Shown: positions 50,053 to 63,051 of the stretch, piece after piece
Position numbering within the stretch: the first letter of the stretch is position 1
How the letters are laid out: the number at the start of each line of letters is the position of its first letter
Assembly (NCBI RefSeq): GCF_964213995.1
Contig: NW_027590170.1
Coordinates: 434,001 to 498,000, forward strand
Direction of reading: 5' to 3'
Origin: Mustelus asterias
Lineage: Eukaryota
DNA: 64,000 nt
Notes under the pieces: model-generated
Database searches by the model: none
Told to the model about the DNA's origin: nothing
What the model saw: the letters and a program-made list of their open reading frames with translations, nothing else
Made by a program: the position numbers and the translations under genes

Positions 50053-51221
50053 ATATCCGCCAACCTATTACTTTTGCTCATGATCCTTCAAACGAGTGAG
50101 TATTTCGGGCGATTATCACCGTTTTATTTCATTGATGTTTTTCCGATTTTCCTCTAATATTTATTCCCCTCATTGGGGAGGTCTGGCTCCTCGAGTTTTG
50201 CCCTTGGACCAATGAATGCCCCGAGTCCATTTAATGGAAAATCAAACTGAACTATCTCAGTCAGAACGGCCGGTCTGGGGGAGGGATTTTGCTTCCCCGA
50301 GAAGGGTAGCCTTGGCTAATGAATATACCCAGAAGAAAATTGCAATGTTAATAGTCTGGGGCCAGTTAGCTAAGGAAATAAATCTCTGAACATTCTCCCA
50401 TTTTAATTTTTCTCACGGAATGCAGTCCATCGCTAAGTTTCAGTAGATTAGTGAATTTTAGTGAATTAGTGAAGAGCCCGCGTTATTATTTGTATATCTG
50501 TCTAAGTGTGTTTTTTCCGTGTGTGTGTGTGTCTGTCTGTCAGTCTGTGTATATGTTTTTGGCTGTGTGTCTGCGCGTGCCTGAGTATGTACGGATGCCT
50601 TTGTTTGTTTGTGTCCCTGCGTTTTGTGAGTTTCTGTGCGTGTCTGTGTGTAACTGCACCTGTTTTTGTCTGTAGGAGGGAACCTATGTGGCGAAAGAGA
50701 GAATATATTTTTGTGATTGTCTGTGACAGACAGAGAGAGAGAGAAAATGTGTGTATTTTTGACTGTAAGAGTGTATGCGGTCGAGAGAGAGAAAAATTGT
50801 GCTCAAAACGTATTTCATTTTAAATCAAAAACACATCTAAGAGTTATGTTTGTCACATTCTGTTATTTTTTCCAGCGCAGAGCCAGCTGGATAAACTTTT
50901 CCAAAACCCCACAGTAGTAGCAGTGATTGAAGGGGGTACTGTAGTGTTGTGCTGTCCCTACCCCACCACATACGCCGCAGCTTACCTATATTGGTACGTA
51001 GAGTACTCGGGATAGGCCTTCAGTAGATGCTGGTCAGACATACTGCTGGTAATGAAGAGAACGCGCCTACATTTGGAAAGCGGTATTCTGCTGTACAGGA
51101 TAAAATGAAAACAAACATCCTTTTGAACATCACAGACACTCAGATTTCTGACTCAGCCGTGTATTACTGCGCGTCGATGAAGCACCACGTTACACAGAGC
51201 CTTAACACTCGTACAAAAACT
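50053..51221 (+). pseudogene. TCR V-alpha/delta pseudogene (last V in the window)
   Basis: Leader 50053-50095 ATA-SANLLLLLMILQT with GTGAGT donor; TG-rich intron. V 50876-51182 reads LFQNPTVVAVIEGGTVVLCC.Y..YLYWY..*, frameshift, ISDSAVYYCAS. Nonamer ACAAAAACT at 51213 with a degenerate heptamer. Confidence 0.85.
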
Positions 51222-53261
51222 AACAGTTCCAGGTGATGTGTGACATTACACGCTCTTTCGGAGAATGTGCGCAGACGCGATGGGCCAATTGGCCATCATT
51301 TGCACTGCAGGGATTGCATGCATTCCATGGATCCCTAATTGTCCTGAAAGTAAATGGCTTGCTAATGGGTTGAGGGAGTAGTGTAGAGTCAATCAGGAGT
51401 CGCATGTCGGTCAGGTTCAGGAAAGATGGCGATGTCCTCGCCTGACGCCCTGAAGGACATTGCTGAGTAAATTAATTTTCCATGTCAAACGATGAAAATT
51501 CACGATCACCATTATTGATATTAATTTTCAATCACAGACTGTGTTAATTTAGCGTTTACCAGTTTCAAATGTTAGAATTGAATCAATTGGTGTGGAAGAT
51601 TAACGTGGCCCTCTGACTAATGCGCGGAGTGACATTGTCACATGCCCACTGTCTCCTCGATAAGGGAAGTTATTTTCGAGACATTGCAACAGTGACTGCA
51701 TTGCGAAAGTACCAGATTGGCTGTCACATGCTTTAGGATAACTCGTGGTGCTGAAATGTATTTGTTTCCAGTTTCCAATTCTCCAAAATTGATAAGCTTT
51801 TAATGATTTATCTGAGGAATTTGCTGCTGATAATGAACACTATAAAGCGCTAAAAGTTTTTCTTCGTCTCGAAAGCTGACGTCACACGAAGTGTTGGTGT
51901 TTCATATGCCCTGTTAAAACATTTCCCCTTCTCTGTTCTGATTTTGATTCGTCTACTTTATGTTTCAATTGCTTCAAATGGAATTAGATAATCTGATCAT
52001 CAGAATGAATTTAGGAGCGGAAATCTGTGGTCTCAGTAGCATTTGCAGTAGCTGAATATTTTTCCATGAATCATCTTCAGCAGAGAATTACACATCCTTA
52101 CACTCGGTCACTGTTTCTATCAGGAGTTACATGGAGATGGGAAACTACCGTTAGAACCGGAAGTGCACATGTATCTGACTGAGGTCACTGGGACCGCAAC
52201 AGCCAATCTCAGGTTATGACAGCAGCGAGAAGCTCCGCCTCCCGACCTCGCTTTATAATAACGTTAGCGGTTAAACTGACAACGGTGCATTTTTTTTTCC
52301 TCAAGGAATCTTCATTCGGGTAAAGGTGACAGAGTGAGCATTTCATTCATTGGAAGACTGATTTTGCAAGTTATGGTCACAGCGAGGACGTAAGGTAAAA
52401 AAAAAACTCTGCTGAACAAGTGCTAACTGAAAGTTTAGCAGAATTGTCCATAAGTCAAACTAGAAACTTATAAATCCCTTTGAATGTGTGTAATATTAAT
52501 CCCGGATTCTAAAAATCCTGCATGAACTAAACATTGATGAAAGATCCGTTATTTATAATATATTCCCTGCAAGTTATCAATGTGTGTCACATTCTGTGTT
52601 CGCTATGACGTACATACGACGTCAGTGAACTTCAATATATTGCTGTTAAACAAAAGGAATTCGAGTTTTCAGCAGTGTCAGTGATTACTGTGCGTTCACA
52701 CACACTCAGTGTGTGAATCGCGGCATTGTGCATTGATATCATTGAATGATAAATGTTACTTCCTTCTGAATATCATTATCCCGTTTGAAATTTCAATCTT
52801 TGCAGTTTGTGCATTTGGATCAGTTACTGTCCGATTGTCAGGAGACTGGTGGCTGTACCCTACGCCAAACACAGAATGTCATGACATATGAGCGGGAACA
52901 AGAGACACCGAGCCTCAATACTGGTAGAACCAACGGTGACATATTGTCAGTGTCTGCAGGTTTCTAAGTAAATAGGCGTAAAGACAAACAACAATGTGGT
53001 TATTCGGTATATGTGCAATGTTTGGAGCGTTTATTACAGGTAATTAATTTGAGTGCAATTTTGAACTAAACGTGAACAGTACTTGGGGTAAAACGTGAAC
53101 ACTGTGGGGTAAAATTGTAAAATCTACATGTTTAGATTTGTAAACGATACCATAATTTGGTCTTTCTATGTCAGGTTTCGTGAAAATTGCATTGGCGTCG
53201 AATTTGCAGCCAACACGCCGTCACCCTGATTAAGGATGCCATGTTGATCGTTATTGTGTCA

Positions 53262-53335
53262 GTCGCTGTGGCACAATTGGTTAGCGCGTTCGGCTATTAA
53301 CTGGAAGGTTGGTGGTTCGAGTCCATCCAGGGACG
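53262..53335 (+). tRNA. tRNA-Asn body with ATT anticodon (possibly non-functional)
   Basis: GTCGCTGTGGCACAATTGGTTAGCGCGTTCGGCT-ATT-AACTGGAAGGTTGGTGGTTCGAGTCCATCCAGGGACG; B box intact; oligo-T terminator about 10 bp downstream. Confidence 0.8.
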
Positions 53336-55674
53336 GTGGTTTCACTTTTTTTTCTCTCCATCTGCTTTCATTGTCTCTTGGGTTTTGAGTGTCACTGAGT
53401 CCTTGGGCAACACTAAAAAAAACTTATCGTATGTTTCTGTCTCTGCTGTTAGCCGACGTTAATTTATTGAACATTTATCTCTAACATATTATTGGTAACA
53501 ATTTATATATTTCAAATATTATTAAACTCAATAACTGAACTCGAAACTTTAACCCATGTTTGATCTTGGGTTGCCATTATCCTGCACACGCCCCTTCTTT
53601 CTCAGATAGATCAGGAATTTGTCTATCCCAACCTGAAATGTGTTCAACGAGGGAAATACACAGCAAGTCGGCAATAATCAGTGGAATGAGGACGGAGTTA
53701 AACTTTCACCAGAATGCTGTTTTTATAATTGCAAAGTCCTGAGATTGAGAGCAGATAATTCACATTTGAGTTTCTTTGAGAGCTGAATGCCTGCCGTGTT
53801 TTACATGGTAAGTTTCACAGGATCAGCAACGATGAGATTGGTGGGTTTTGGAAATTTGAAGTTACACGTGAATAGCTTGTGGGACTATTTCATTTATCAT
53901 TGCCGTCTTGCAGTGTGTTTTATGTTCTGGCAAAACCTGTATTTATAATACATGCATCAGCAGGTTTTGCAGAATCTTTGGACACGCATCAAATTTTAAA
54001 CACTTCCATGTGTCACCTGTGTTCCTGAAGTATGCTGATTATTGAGCTCAAAAAAACTGACAAAACCTTTTCAAGTGTTATTAAATATTAAGGCATCACA
54101 TTATTTCACAGCCATGTGGCACTTCCCCTTCCCCAATGCTGGAATAATATTCGGCAACTGCAGTCACGGAGAAAGAGATAAAATTCGGGGCAAATGTTAC
54201 TTTCTGAATCTTATGTTAGATCAATGACTCTGCCACATGGCTAAGATTTTCAACAGAATTAAAATTCTACAAAACAAGGATTTACATTGCAATCTGACTG
54301 CACGGCTTGATATTCTCGGCTGGTCACATTGGTCATGAGCAGCGTTTCTGGATTGGAGGAGTTAACATGTTCATTTCATATACGATGGGCTCCTCGATTC
54401 GAAATAAGGTGGAGACATAATCGAAATTAATATTTTTTTAAATTTTCCCTGATTCTAGGTCGTTGTTGCTTATGAACTGGATTTGAGCAGACAAAATGTT
54501 AATTTGTTCTTCACCATTTATTTTAAAAATGCCCTCAGCAAAGTCGCCACTGACCTTCTGTTGCTTTTCTACTTCCACTGTCACACTCACGGTGCAGCTG
54601 ATGTCGGCTAGATGGATTTGCCATGGCAAGTGAGTGACGTTACGGTTATACGGTGACAAAAAGTGCCTCAGTAAGGTACTCTGGGCTAATATTCTCTGGA
54701 TGATGTTTCAGCTATTTATGAATGAGGTACGGAGAGATTTTTTCACTCAAAGTCTTGTGAATCTTTGGAATTCTTTGATTTATTATCACATGTATTAGCA
54801 TACAGTGAAAAGTATTGTTTCTTGCGCGCTTTACAGAGTAAGCATACCGTTCATAGAGAAGGGAATGAGAGAGTGCAGAATGTAGTGTTCCAATCAAAGC
54901 TAGGTTGTAAGAAATTGATGAAAGCATTGTTGGAGACTTTAAAATAGTTAGAATGACGTTTTAGAAGCATAGAACGAGAGTGAAGGATAGAATTAGAAGG
55001 TATGCGGGGCACAGCTTGCAAGAAGTAGCCTCGCTCGGGCGCCATCTTGCATCAATTCTGTAGCCTCACAGAGGTCTGTGGATCTTCAGTTGATGAAGAC
55101 ATTGAAGGTTGAGGTGGAGAGTTGTTGGAATCTAATTGAATGAAGGGCAATCGGGATAAACTGGGAAATTGGGGTTGAGGCTATGGATCTGCCTGGATTC
55201 AATCGTCGAGGAGGTTCAATGGGACATGTGAACCAATTCTACTCCATTGATTCTATTCACTGGCAACACCAGATACGGCATCAATAGGTTCTGCTGGTAC
55301 CATTGATGAGTTCAGTGCAGTAGTGATGTGGAGTTGCAGGTGTTGGACTGGGGTAAGCACAGTAAGTAGTCTCACAACACCAGGTTAAAATCCAACAGGT
55401 TTATTTGGGAGCACAAGCTTTCGGAGCACTGCCCGTTCAGCATATGAGTCACCTGATAAAGGGACAGTATTCCGAAAGCTCGTGCTACCAAATAAACCTG
55501 TTGGACTTACAGGACAGTAATATTAGTTCGAATCTCACCACTGCTATATGTCCAGTTCATTATTTTTGCGAAATACCTTTGTTATCACACTAATTCCATG
55601 CAACCCAAATGTAAATTATTGTTGGCAATTGACGGGTTTGTGGAACCAGTTTCCTTGAATCATTGCATTGCAAT

Positions 55675-55746
55675 ATTTCTGTGGTGTAGTGGTTGTCACA
55701 TTCGCCTTATATGCGAAAGGTCCCCGGTTTGATTCGGGCAGAAATA
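55675..55746 (+). pseudogene. tRNA-Val-derived gene with TAT anticodon, copy 1
   Basis: Val body (.TTTCTGTGGTGTAGTGGTT.TCAC.TTCGC...GCGAAAGGTCCCCGG). B box mutated to GTTTGAT. Confidence 0.75.
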
Positions 55747-56201
55747 CTTTCATCATAAAGAGAAAAGGTTGCAAGATCTAAACTGACCTGACAGCATCTG
55801 TGGAGAGAGAATAGAACCAACGTTTTATGGCTGGATGACCCTTCGTCAGAGCTCCGGACTCGAAATGTTGGCTCTATTCTCTCTCTACAGATGCTGTCAG
55901 ACCTGCTGAGATTTTCCAGCATTTTTTAATTTTTATTTCAGGTTGCAGCATCCGCAGTATTTTGCCCTCACACAAAAATTTCCAAATGCTTTTAATTTCC
56001 GAAAGCTCGTGCTACCAAATAAACCTGTTGGACTTACAGGACAGTAATATTAGTTCGAATCTCACCACTGCTATATGTCCAGTTCATTATTTTTGCGAAA
56101 TACCTTTGTTATCACACTAATTCCATGCAACCCAAATGTAAATTATTGTTGGCAATTGACGGGTTTGTGGAACCAGTTTCCTTGAATCATTGCATTGCAA
56201 T

Positions 56202-56273
56202 GTTTCTGTGGTGTAGTGGTTGTCACATTCGCCTTATACGCGAAAGGTCCCCGGTTTGATTCGGGCAGAAATA
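56202..56273 (+). pseudogene. tRNA-Val-derived gene with TAT anticodon, copy 2
   Basis: Duplicate of 55675-55746; loop CT-TAT-AC. Confidence 0.75.
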
Positions 56274-58807
56274 CTTTCATCATAAAGAGAAAAGGTTGCA
56301 AGATCTAAACTGACCTGACAGCATCTGTGGAGAGAGAATAGAACCAACGTTTTATGGCTGGATGACCCTTCGTCAGAGCTCCGGACTCGAAATGTTGGCT
56401 CTATTCTCTCTCTACAGATGCTGTCAGACCTGCTGAGATTTTCCAGCATTTTTAAATTTTTATTTCAGGTTCCAGCATCCGCAGTATTTTGCCCTCACAC
56501 AAAAATTTCCAAATGCTTTTAATTTCAAAGGATTCGCCTATTGGAATTAGTTGCGCGTTTATCACGAAGAAATGAACCGACCCACTGAGTATTCCCAGTA
56601 TTTTCTGATTGCAAAGTCAGGAACCACTCATTGAAAGGAACAAAAGGAATTTCTGTGATAGATCAGAAGGCATGATGAATTTCATGACACCAGGAATGGT
56701 AGGCAAGGCAACATTGAGCCAGTGGAAGTACTGCCTGGAGGGTCGAGTGGTTCAGAGTCAATGTTTCCTCCGCTATGGCCCGGAATTGATGACAAACTGT
56801 TAACTAAACAGAGCACTTTGCTCAGCACGTACTAAATTTCTGGAGTTGAAAGTATCTGAAAATAAAGGAAGAAGACATCATTTGCTTCAGTTGGTTCCAA
56901 GATATTGGAATGACTGCGTGACAATGTCAGTAACGAACGTGACCTGAAATGAAGCAGTGAAGAGAGAGATGGTTATCAACGAATTTCAAATCTCTGATAT
57001 CAGCTTTCCTGGCGTCCCGTGGTTAGGATTCGGCGCCATGTTCCGCGTTGGATTGCCAGGCAAATGGTGAATAACTTCTTATTTAACTCTTCATTAACCG
57101 AATTGTCCAACATTACACCCGATGTGCTCCAACCACTGAGATGAATTGTTTCAGAGCTGGAAAAATCGGAGATGTAACAACAGCAATAAACTCTGAAGAA
57201 GAATGAGACGGCAGACATTTATCACAAAAGCAACTGACACACATGTCAAATTCTTCCTCTTTCAAATCGCATCGATTAACTCCTTGTTCTCCACCTCGGA
57301 TATTTCCACATCCATCAAATATCACCCACCTGAAAATTCAACCTCTTCTTCGCTCCACTGATGATGATACACTAACTCCGCACTAGGCGCAGGAATTGGC
57401 TCCATAGCTCAGTGGTTGGAGCACATCGGGTATAATGTTGGACAATTGAAAGGTTTTTTATTAGTGGCACCGTTAAGCTTACATTAATACTGGAATGAAG
57501 TTACTGTGACAATTCCCTCGTCGGCAGAACCGGCACCTTCTCGGGTAAATTGACAGCGAATTTAGCATGGCAAATGCACCTAACCAGCACATCTTTCACT
57601 CTGTGGGAGTAAGAAGGACACCCACGCAACACGGGAAAAACATGCAGACTCGGCACAGACAGTAATCAATGCCGGGAATCAAAACCGGGTCCCTGGCGCT
57701 GTGAGGCAGCTGTGGCACCATGTTGCCCAAAAAGATATTCTCTTGTTCATAAACGGAGAAAGAGGAGACAGTATTTGGAAAGATGACCTAGTTCTGTCTT
57801 AATTCATTAAAAATGGGCGTCGCTGGCTGGCCAGCATTTATTGCCCATCCTGGTTGCCCTAGGACAGTTTGGAGTCAACCACTTTGCTGCAGCTGTGGAA
57901 TCAATGTCGGCCAGGCCGGATAAGGGACGGCAGATTTCCTTCCCTAAAGCACATTACCGAACTCCATGTTTATTTTTCCGACAATCGACAATGGTTTCAT
58001 GGTCATCAGTAGATTCTTAATTCCAGATAGTTTTAATTGAATACAAATTGCACAACGTGCCGTGGCAGGATTCAAAAGCGGGGCCCCGTAAAATTGGATG
58101 AGTTTCTGGATAAATAATCTCGCGATAATACCACAAGGCCATCGTCCTTCCTAATATAAGCGTTTATCTTGAGAGATTTGGGTGTGTTTGTACAAGGAAC
58201 GCAGGAAGATAGCGTGGTGGTGCAGCAAACAATAGGAAGGGAAATGACATTTTGGTCTTTATTGCCAACAGATTGCTGTATAAGAATAAAAACACCAACC
58301 TACATTTATACAGGGTTTTGTTGGGAGCAAGTGTGAAATATTCGGTGCAGTTCTGATATCCACAATGTTTTTTTCAGAAAAAGGCTACCCTTCCATTGGA
58401 GACGGTCCACTTGGTAGGTTCCTGTGATGAGAGAGTTCTCCTGGGATGTGAGGCTGTGTAAATTGGGCTGAAATTCCCTGGAGTTTGGAAGACTGAGAGG
58501 CAATCTTATTGAACCTACAGAATACTGAGAGATTGTTTCCCAGTCTCAGATGAGGACTCATCGGAGAACTGACACACAAACACATCCAACCAAGACTCTA
58601 ATTCTTAACTTTAATTGCATATTTGAAATGAATATATATTATACCATGTGATATGTATGATATGAATATTCATTAAATAAATAACGTTGACAACACCTGA
58701 CAACAGTCGAGCGGCAACACTTGAGGAATATTTTTATTGTTGCCTCGGTTCACAAGCCGGAACTGCGCGACAATGAATGCTTATGGGGAAAATGAAAGTA
58801 CAACCAC

Positions 58808-58880
58808 CGCCTCTGGATGGTACTGAGCCACCAACCATTTGCTTAAAGTCGAACGCAATAACGAATTCCGCCACTGAGAT
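58808..58880 (-). pseudogene. tRNA-Asn pseudogene
   Basis: Reverse complement TCTCAGTGGCGGAATTCGTTATTGCGTTCGAC...TGGTTGGTGGCTCAG..CATCCAGAGGCG. Confidence 0.6.
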
Positions 58881-59267
58881 GAAGACACGCTATATTAGGG
58901 TGTCAGCGAGTGCTGTATATATCCAACCCCAATTCTCTTTATAAAAACATAGTCGAGAACTACAACATGACCACATCGTTTACAATACTATGCAAGCCCC
59001 TTTGACAACTTCATTCCCCACAGTGTTGCAGCGATTTAGTGGTTTCCCGCTTCTCCCAACATGGGAAAGAGCCGTTTGATAGAGCAGAAAGGGACAAACT
59101 GTTTCCACTGACGATTGTCAGTAACCAAATAATAGGGATTGAAGGTAATTTATGAAAGACCGATTTGTATTCATGTAACGCTTTTCAGGGTTGGTGGACG
59201 TCACAATGCGCTTTGCAGCCAAAGAAAAACAGTCACAATTGAAACTAAGTTAACAATTAGACAAGGA

Positions 59268-59339
59268 AGGGGGCACTCGGATTTGAACCGAGGGCCGTTT
59301 GATCTGCAGTCAAACGCTCTACCACTGAGCTACGCCCCC
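59268..59339 (-). tRNA. tRNA-Cys(GCA), intact
   Basis: GGGGGCGTAGCTCAGTGGTAGAGCGTTTGACT-GCA-GATCAAACGGCCCTCGGTTCAAATCCGAGTGCCCCCT; all stems pair. Confidence 0.93.
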
Positions 59340-59764
59340 TCAGCTGCAAACTAGTGCTCGGGATCCTGCATAGTCTTATTAAGTGGTGGAGGGGGATCCA
59401 GTGGTCAGACTGCATCCCGCTTTGTCTCAGAGTTTCTGAGCGAAGTCGGAGAGCTTAGCGTTTAAGTTAGCGAGATGCTTTCTTGTGATTTGGCTGAGAT
59501 TTGGATCCAGGTCTAGGAGATGTTTGTGTCAATCTAATCGATACAATCTACCCCATTGTCATACAGATTTGACCTTGTATCCCCATCTCTATTGGCAGCG
59601 CTTTGCAGCCTATCACTGTCCTTCACTATCTGTGTTTGTTCTTGAACTGTTGCCCATGTAACATTTCCAATTCGGACAGAAATATAGATCTAACTCCACT
59701 GCTTCGGACAGAGCTGTTTTCGATCAGGAAGCAATTCAGGTTTGTGAAATAGATTAGCAAAAAC

Positions 59765-59836
59765 TTTAAATCTTGGCATATCGAAGCCGACCTATGACCC
59801 TGAAAGCGCCAAATCCTAAGCACTGGACCACCAGGG
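59765..59836 (-). pseudogene. tRNA-Glu(TTC) pseudogene (another at 60472-60543 -)
   Basis: Reverse complement CCCTGGTGGTCCAGTGCTTAGGATTTGGCGCTTTCAG...TTCGAT; 3' half decayed. Confidence 0.65.
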
Positions 59837-62071
59837 TTTCATTCTCCTGGTTCTCCCATAGACTGGATACAGGAATATGCACAGTGCCAATTATTCACAG
59901 TCGCATTCTCCTTCCAGTCTTGTGCACGTTGTTCAGCTTTGAAATTATTCATCTTTTCACATCAGCTTCCAGTGTGATGAAAGCAGAGCAGTGATAAGCT
60001 GATGTTTTTCAACAGATTTACCACAATACGGTTTATAACAAACATTACTCTTTGAATGTGGTGAGCCACAGTGAAATTTAATGCAGTAGAAAGTAACTCA
60101 CTCATTCTGACAGTAGGTGCCAGCAATTGCAATGTAAATATGATGTCGAGATACCGGGTTGGACTGGGGTGGGCACAATAATAAGTCTCACAGCACATTG
60201 TTAAAGTCCAACAGGTTCATTTGCTCCAATAATAAAATCAATTTGCTTTATTTTATCAGCGCCCCGAAAGCTCCTGACTCCAAATAGACCTAGTGTTGTA
60301 AGACTTCCTAATGTAAATATGAATTGTTGTGGGCAATTGACAGGATTGTGGAATGGGGCAGATTTTTCCTTCTTCCTGTTCAACCTGCCACAAGTATCGC
60401 TCCCGTTTTTGACCAGGAAGCAATACCCACTCTCCTTAATTCATCTGTTGCACGAGAGCAATGAATCATCATTCCCTACCCGCGAATCGAACCCAGACCA
60501 TGGCAGTGAAAACAGCGAATTTTATCAACGAAACCAACACGGAAATTGAGGTGACCTGAGCATTATTGAGCAATTGTGTGCTTGTGTGTGCGTGCGTGAT
60601 TTGGGAGAAAGGTCACGTGCTCCAGGGTAATCCTTGATGAATGAAGCCACCAACATCTTTTTCGCTGAGCTTTTTGTGTTCTTGAGAAATCGTCCTCTGG
60701 AGCTGATACAATGAGGCCAGGAGAGTAACTCAGTGCACCGTCCGCAATGTGATTGCGGTGTGATTTGCTGAAAGCTGTTAATTTTATAAAAATAATCTTT
60801 TTGCGAATTGTAAATGAAATGCCCTTCAGTACCCGGTAAGAATTCGCACAACACCAGGTTAAAGTGCAACAGGTTTGTTTGAAATCACGAGCTTTCGGAG
60901 CGCAGCTCCTTCATCACTCACGCTGAGGATTCACCACATTTTTCTGTCTTTGAATGAAAGCAATAGATATCTCGTCAATTCCCCGGTATCTTGAGTGTAC
61001 GACACTGATTTCCACAGTACACTGCTTTAAATGATTGTGTTCAATGTGAAATTAGGTGGTTTGATTCCATGTGAAGGATTTAAACTTACACTCTTCCGGG
61101 AAGATGGTGACATAGTGGTAAAATCAGTGGAGTATGAATCCTGTGGCCCCGGCTCACAGGTCACGATCCCACCGCAGTCTAGAACTGAAACGGAAGTGAA
61201 AGCTAGTCTCAGTAATGAAGCTTTGTTTTCTGATTGTCATGAAAACACATCTTGCAGAAGGAAATCTGCCATCCTTCCCCTTTCTGCCCTCCATGGGACT
61301 CCAGAGGAAAGGCAATGTGATTGACTCTTAACTGCCCTCTGAAATGGCCCAGCAAAATACTCAGTTCAGTGGGAAATAGGGATTGACAACAAATGATGGC
61401 ATTGACAACAAAATATATATTGCATTAGCAGCATTTTAAGAAATGATTAATTCTCATTTTGTTTCATTTCATGTGAAAGGGTGGTATATTCCAGTGTCTT
61501 ATTATTTAAAACCTCAGCCTTTCAACTGTTCAAACAGGTAAGATTCAGTCAGAGAAAAGTGAACCACTGTGATCCAAAACAAGGAATTTTAGTTGCTGCG
61601 AATCCCACCTCAAAACAGAAAATGTTGGAAGCACTCATCGGCTTCAACAGCTTCTGTGGAGAGGGTAAGAGAGTGAATGATTCAGGTTGCTGACCTTAAC
61701 TGGAAGAAAATAGTGATTTAATCGTTGACAAACAAGGACAGAGTCAAGGAAAATAGAGAGGGAGAGGAGGAAAAAACAAGCGGTCGTTTGATCGGATGGA
61801 AGGCTGGGGTGATTGAATTACAATGGAGATGATTATTGTTCCCACTGACACAATCTCGCAGATCTGGGTTTAAATCTCATAATAAGTGAGAACAAAACCT
61901 CTCGCTGAGTTCAGCGCTCAACTCCCCGCCTTCCAGTGAACTGGAGACAGTTTTCAATCACAAATCCACAACTGTGAGAAAGGAGAAAGACTCAGTTTGA
62001 GCGGTGACACTTCTGGAAGGACGGAGATCTGGAATTCACCCAGGAAAGAGGCAAAGTTTAAAAAGCAATAA

Positions 62072-62144
62072 CGCCCAACGTGGGGCTCGAACGAACGACC
62101 CTGAGATTAAGAGTCTCATGCTCTACCGACTGAGCTAGCCGGGC
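62072..62144 (-). tRNA. tRNA-Lys(CTT) with two T-stem mismatches
   Basis: GCCCGGCTAGCTCAGTCGGTAGAGCATGAGACT-CTT-AATCTCAGGGTCGTTCGTTCGAGCCCCACGTTGGGCG; TTTTT terminator 8 bp downstream. Confidence 0.88.
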
Positions 62145-62959
62145 ACATGTACTACACAGCTTTCCATAACCTAAAATGCATGGAGACAAATACGGTTTTT
62201 CCACCTGGTGTCTCAGCTTGTTCTGATTTCAAAGTTTACAATGAATCCACCGACAGAATCCCCAAAGTTCCTATCCATTCCTCTCAATTATTAATTACGT
62301 TATTCACATCTTCCAATTCTTAGCTTCACCTCTCCCAAATATTCCAAACTCCTCTTACATCATTCACCTTATTTTTCTTTGTTCTTAATAATTTAGCCAG
62401 GGGTGGAGGGCACTCAACATTTACACTGTTAAACTGTTTCCCAGTTTCGGACTTTTCAATAAGATCACCTCTGATTATTCTAAACTCCAGAGCGAACAGA
62501 CTCATCCCACTGATTCTCTCCTCGCAGGAGAAACGCAGAAATCAATCCAGTGAAGCTCGGTTACACAAAGACAGCGAAGTAATGGACAGAGCAAGGAGCA
62601 AAAGATGTCAACGTAATAAAAACATGGTCAGAGAGTCTGAGGGAGATATATAGAGACAATGAAAAACAGAAATAGCGAGTGCGGTACTCATCCAGAACCC
62701 ACGAATGAATAACAATAATCACACAGTCAGCTGTCTCAACCAACAAACATGGGGTCCTCTAAACTGGTGAAAAGAGATCAAGTGCGTGGCCACAAGCATA
62801 TTAACCTTTTGATGTCTTGATTTTCCTGTGTGAGTGTTGTGTTGATAGATTGCCTGTACTATGTGCTCAGGTTCTCAAACCAAATCCCACGTAAACCAAT
62901 CCCAACGTTTGCACTGAGAAAACCTATGACTTGTCCAATACGAAACAACAGCTGATTAA

Positions 62960-63051
62960 GGGATCGAGCCCGGCATGTGAACCCGAGATCGCTCACACGT
63001 TTGTAGATGTTTACGCCCCAGGCCCGAGTCATACCTCTCGTCCAACGAGCC
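62960..63051 (-). pseudogene. tRNA-Pro pseudogene with an 18-nt intron-like insert
   Basis: GGCTCGTTGG..GGTATGA...CT-GGG-G[CGTAAACATCTACAAACG]TGTGAG..TCGGGTTCACAT. Confidence 0.65.

Larger units (their letters stand above)
55471..56526 (+). repeat. Recent 527-bp tandem duplication
   Basis: Units start TCCGAAAGCTCGTGCTACC at 55471 and 55998; only a few differences. Confidence 0.95.

Noticed and set aside
50451-50823. Cys/Val-rich ORFs
   Set aside because: TG-rich low-complexity intron of the last V pseudogene.
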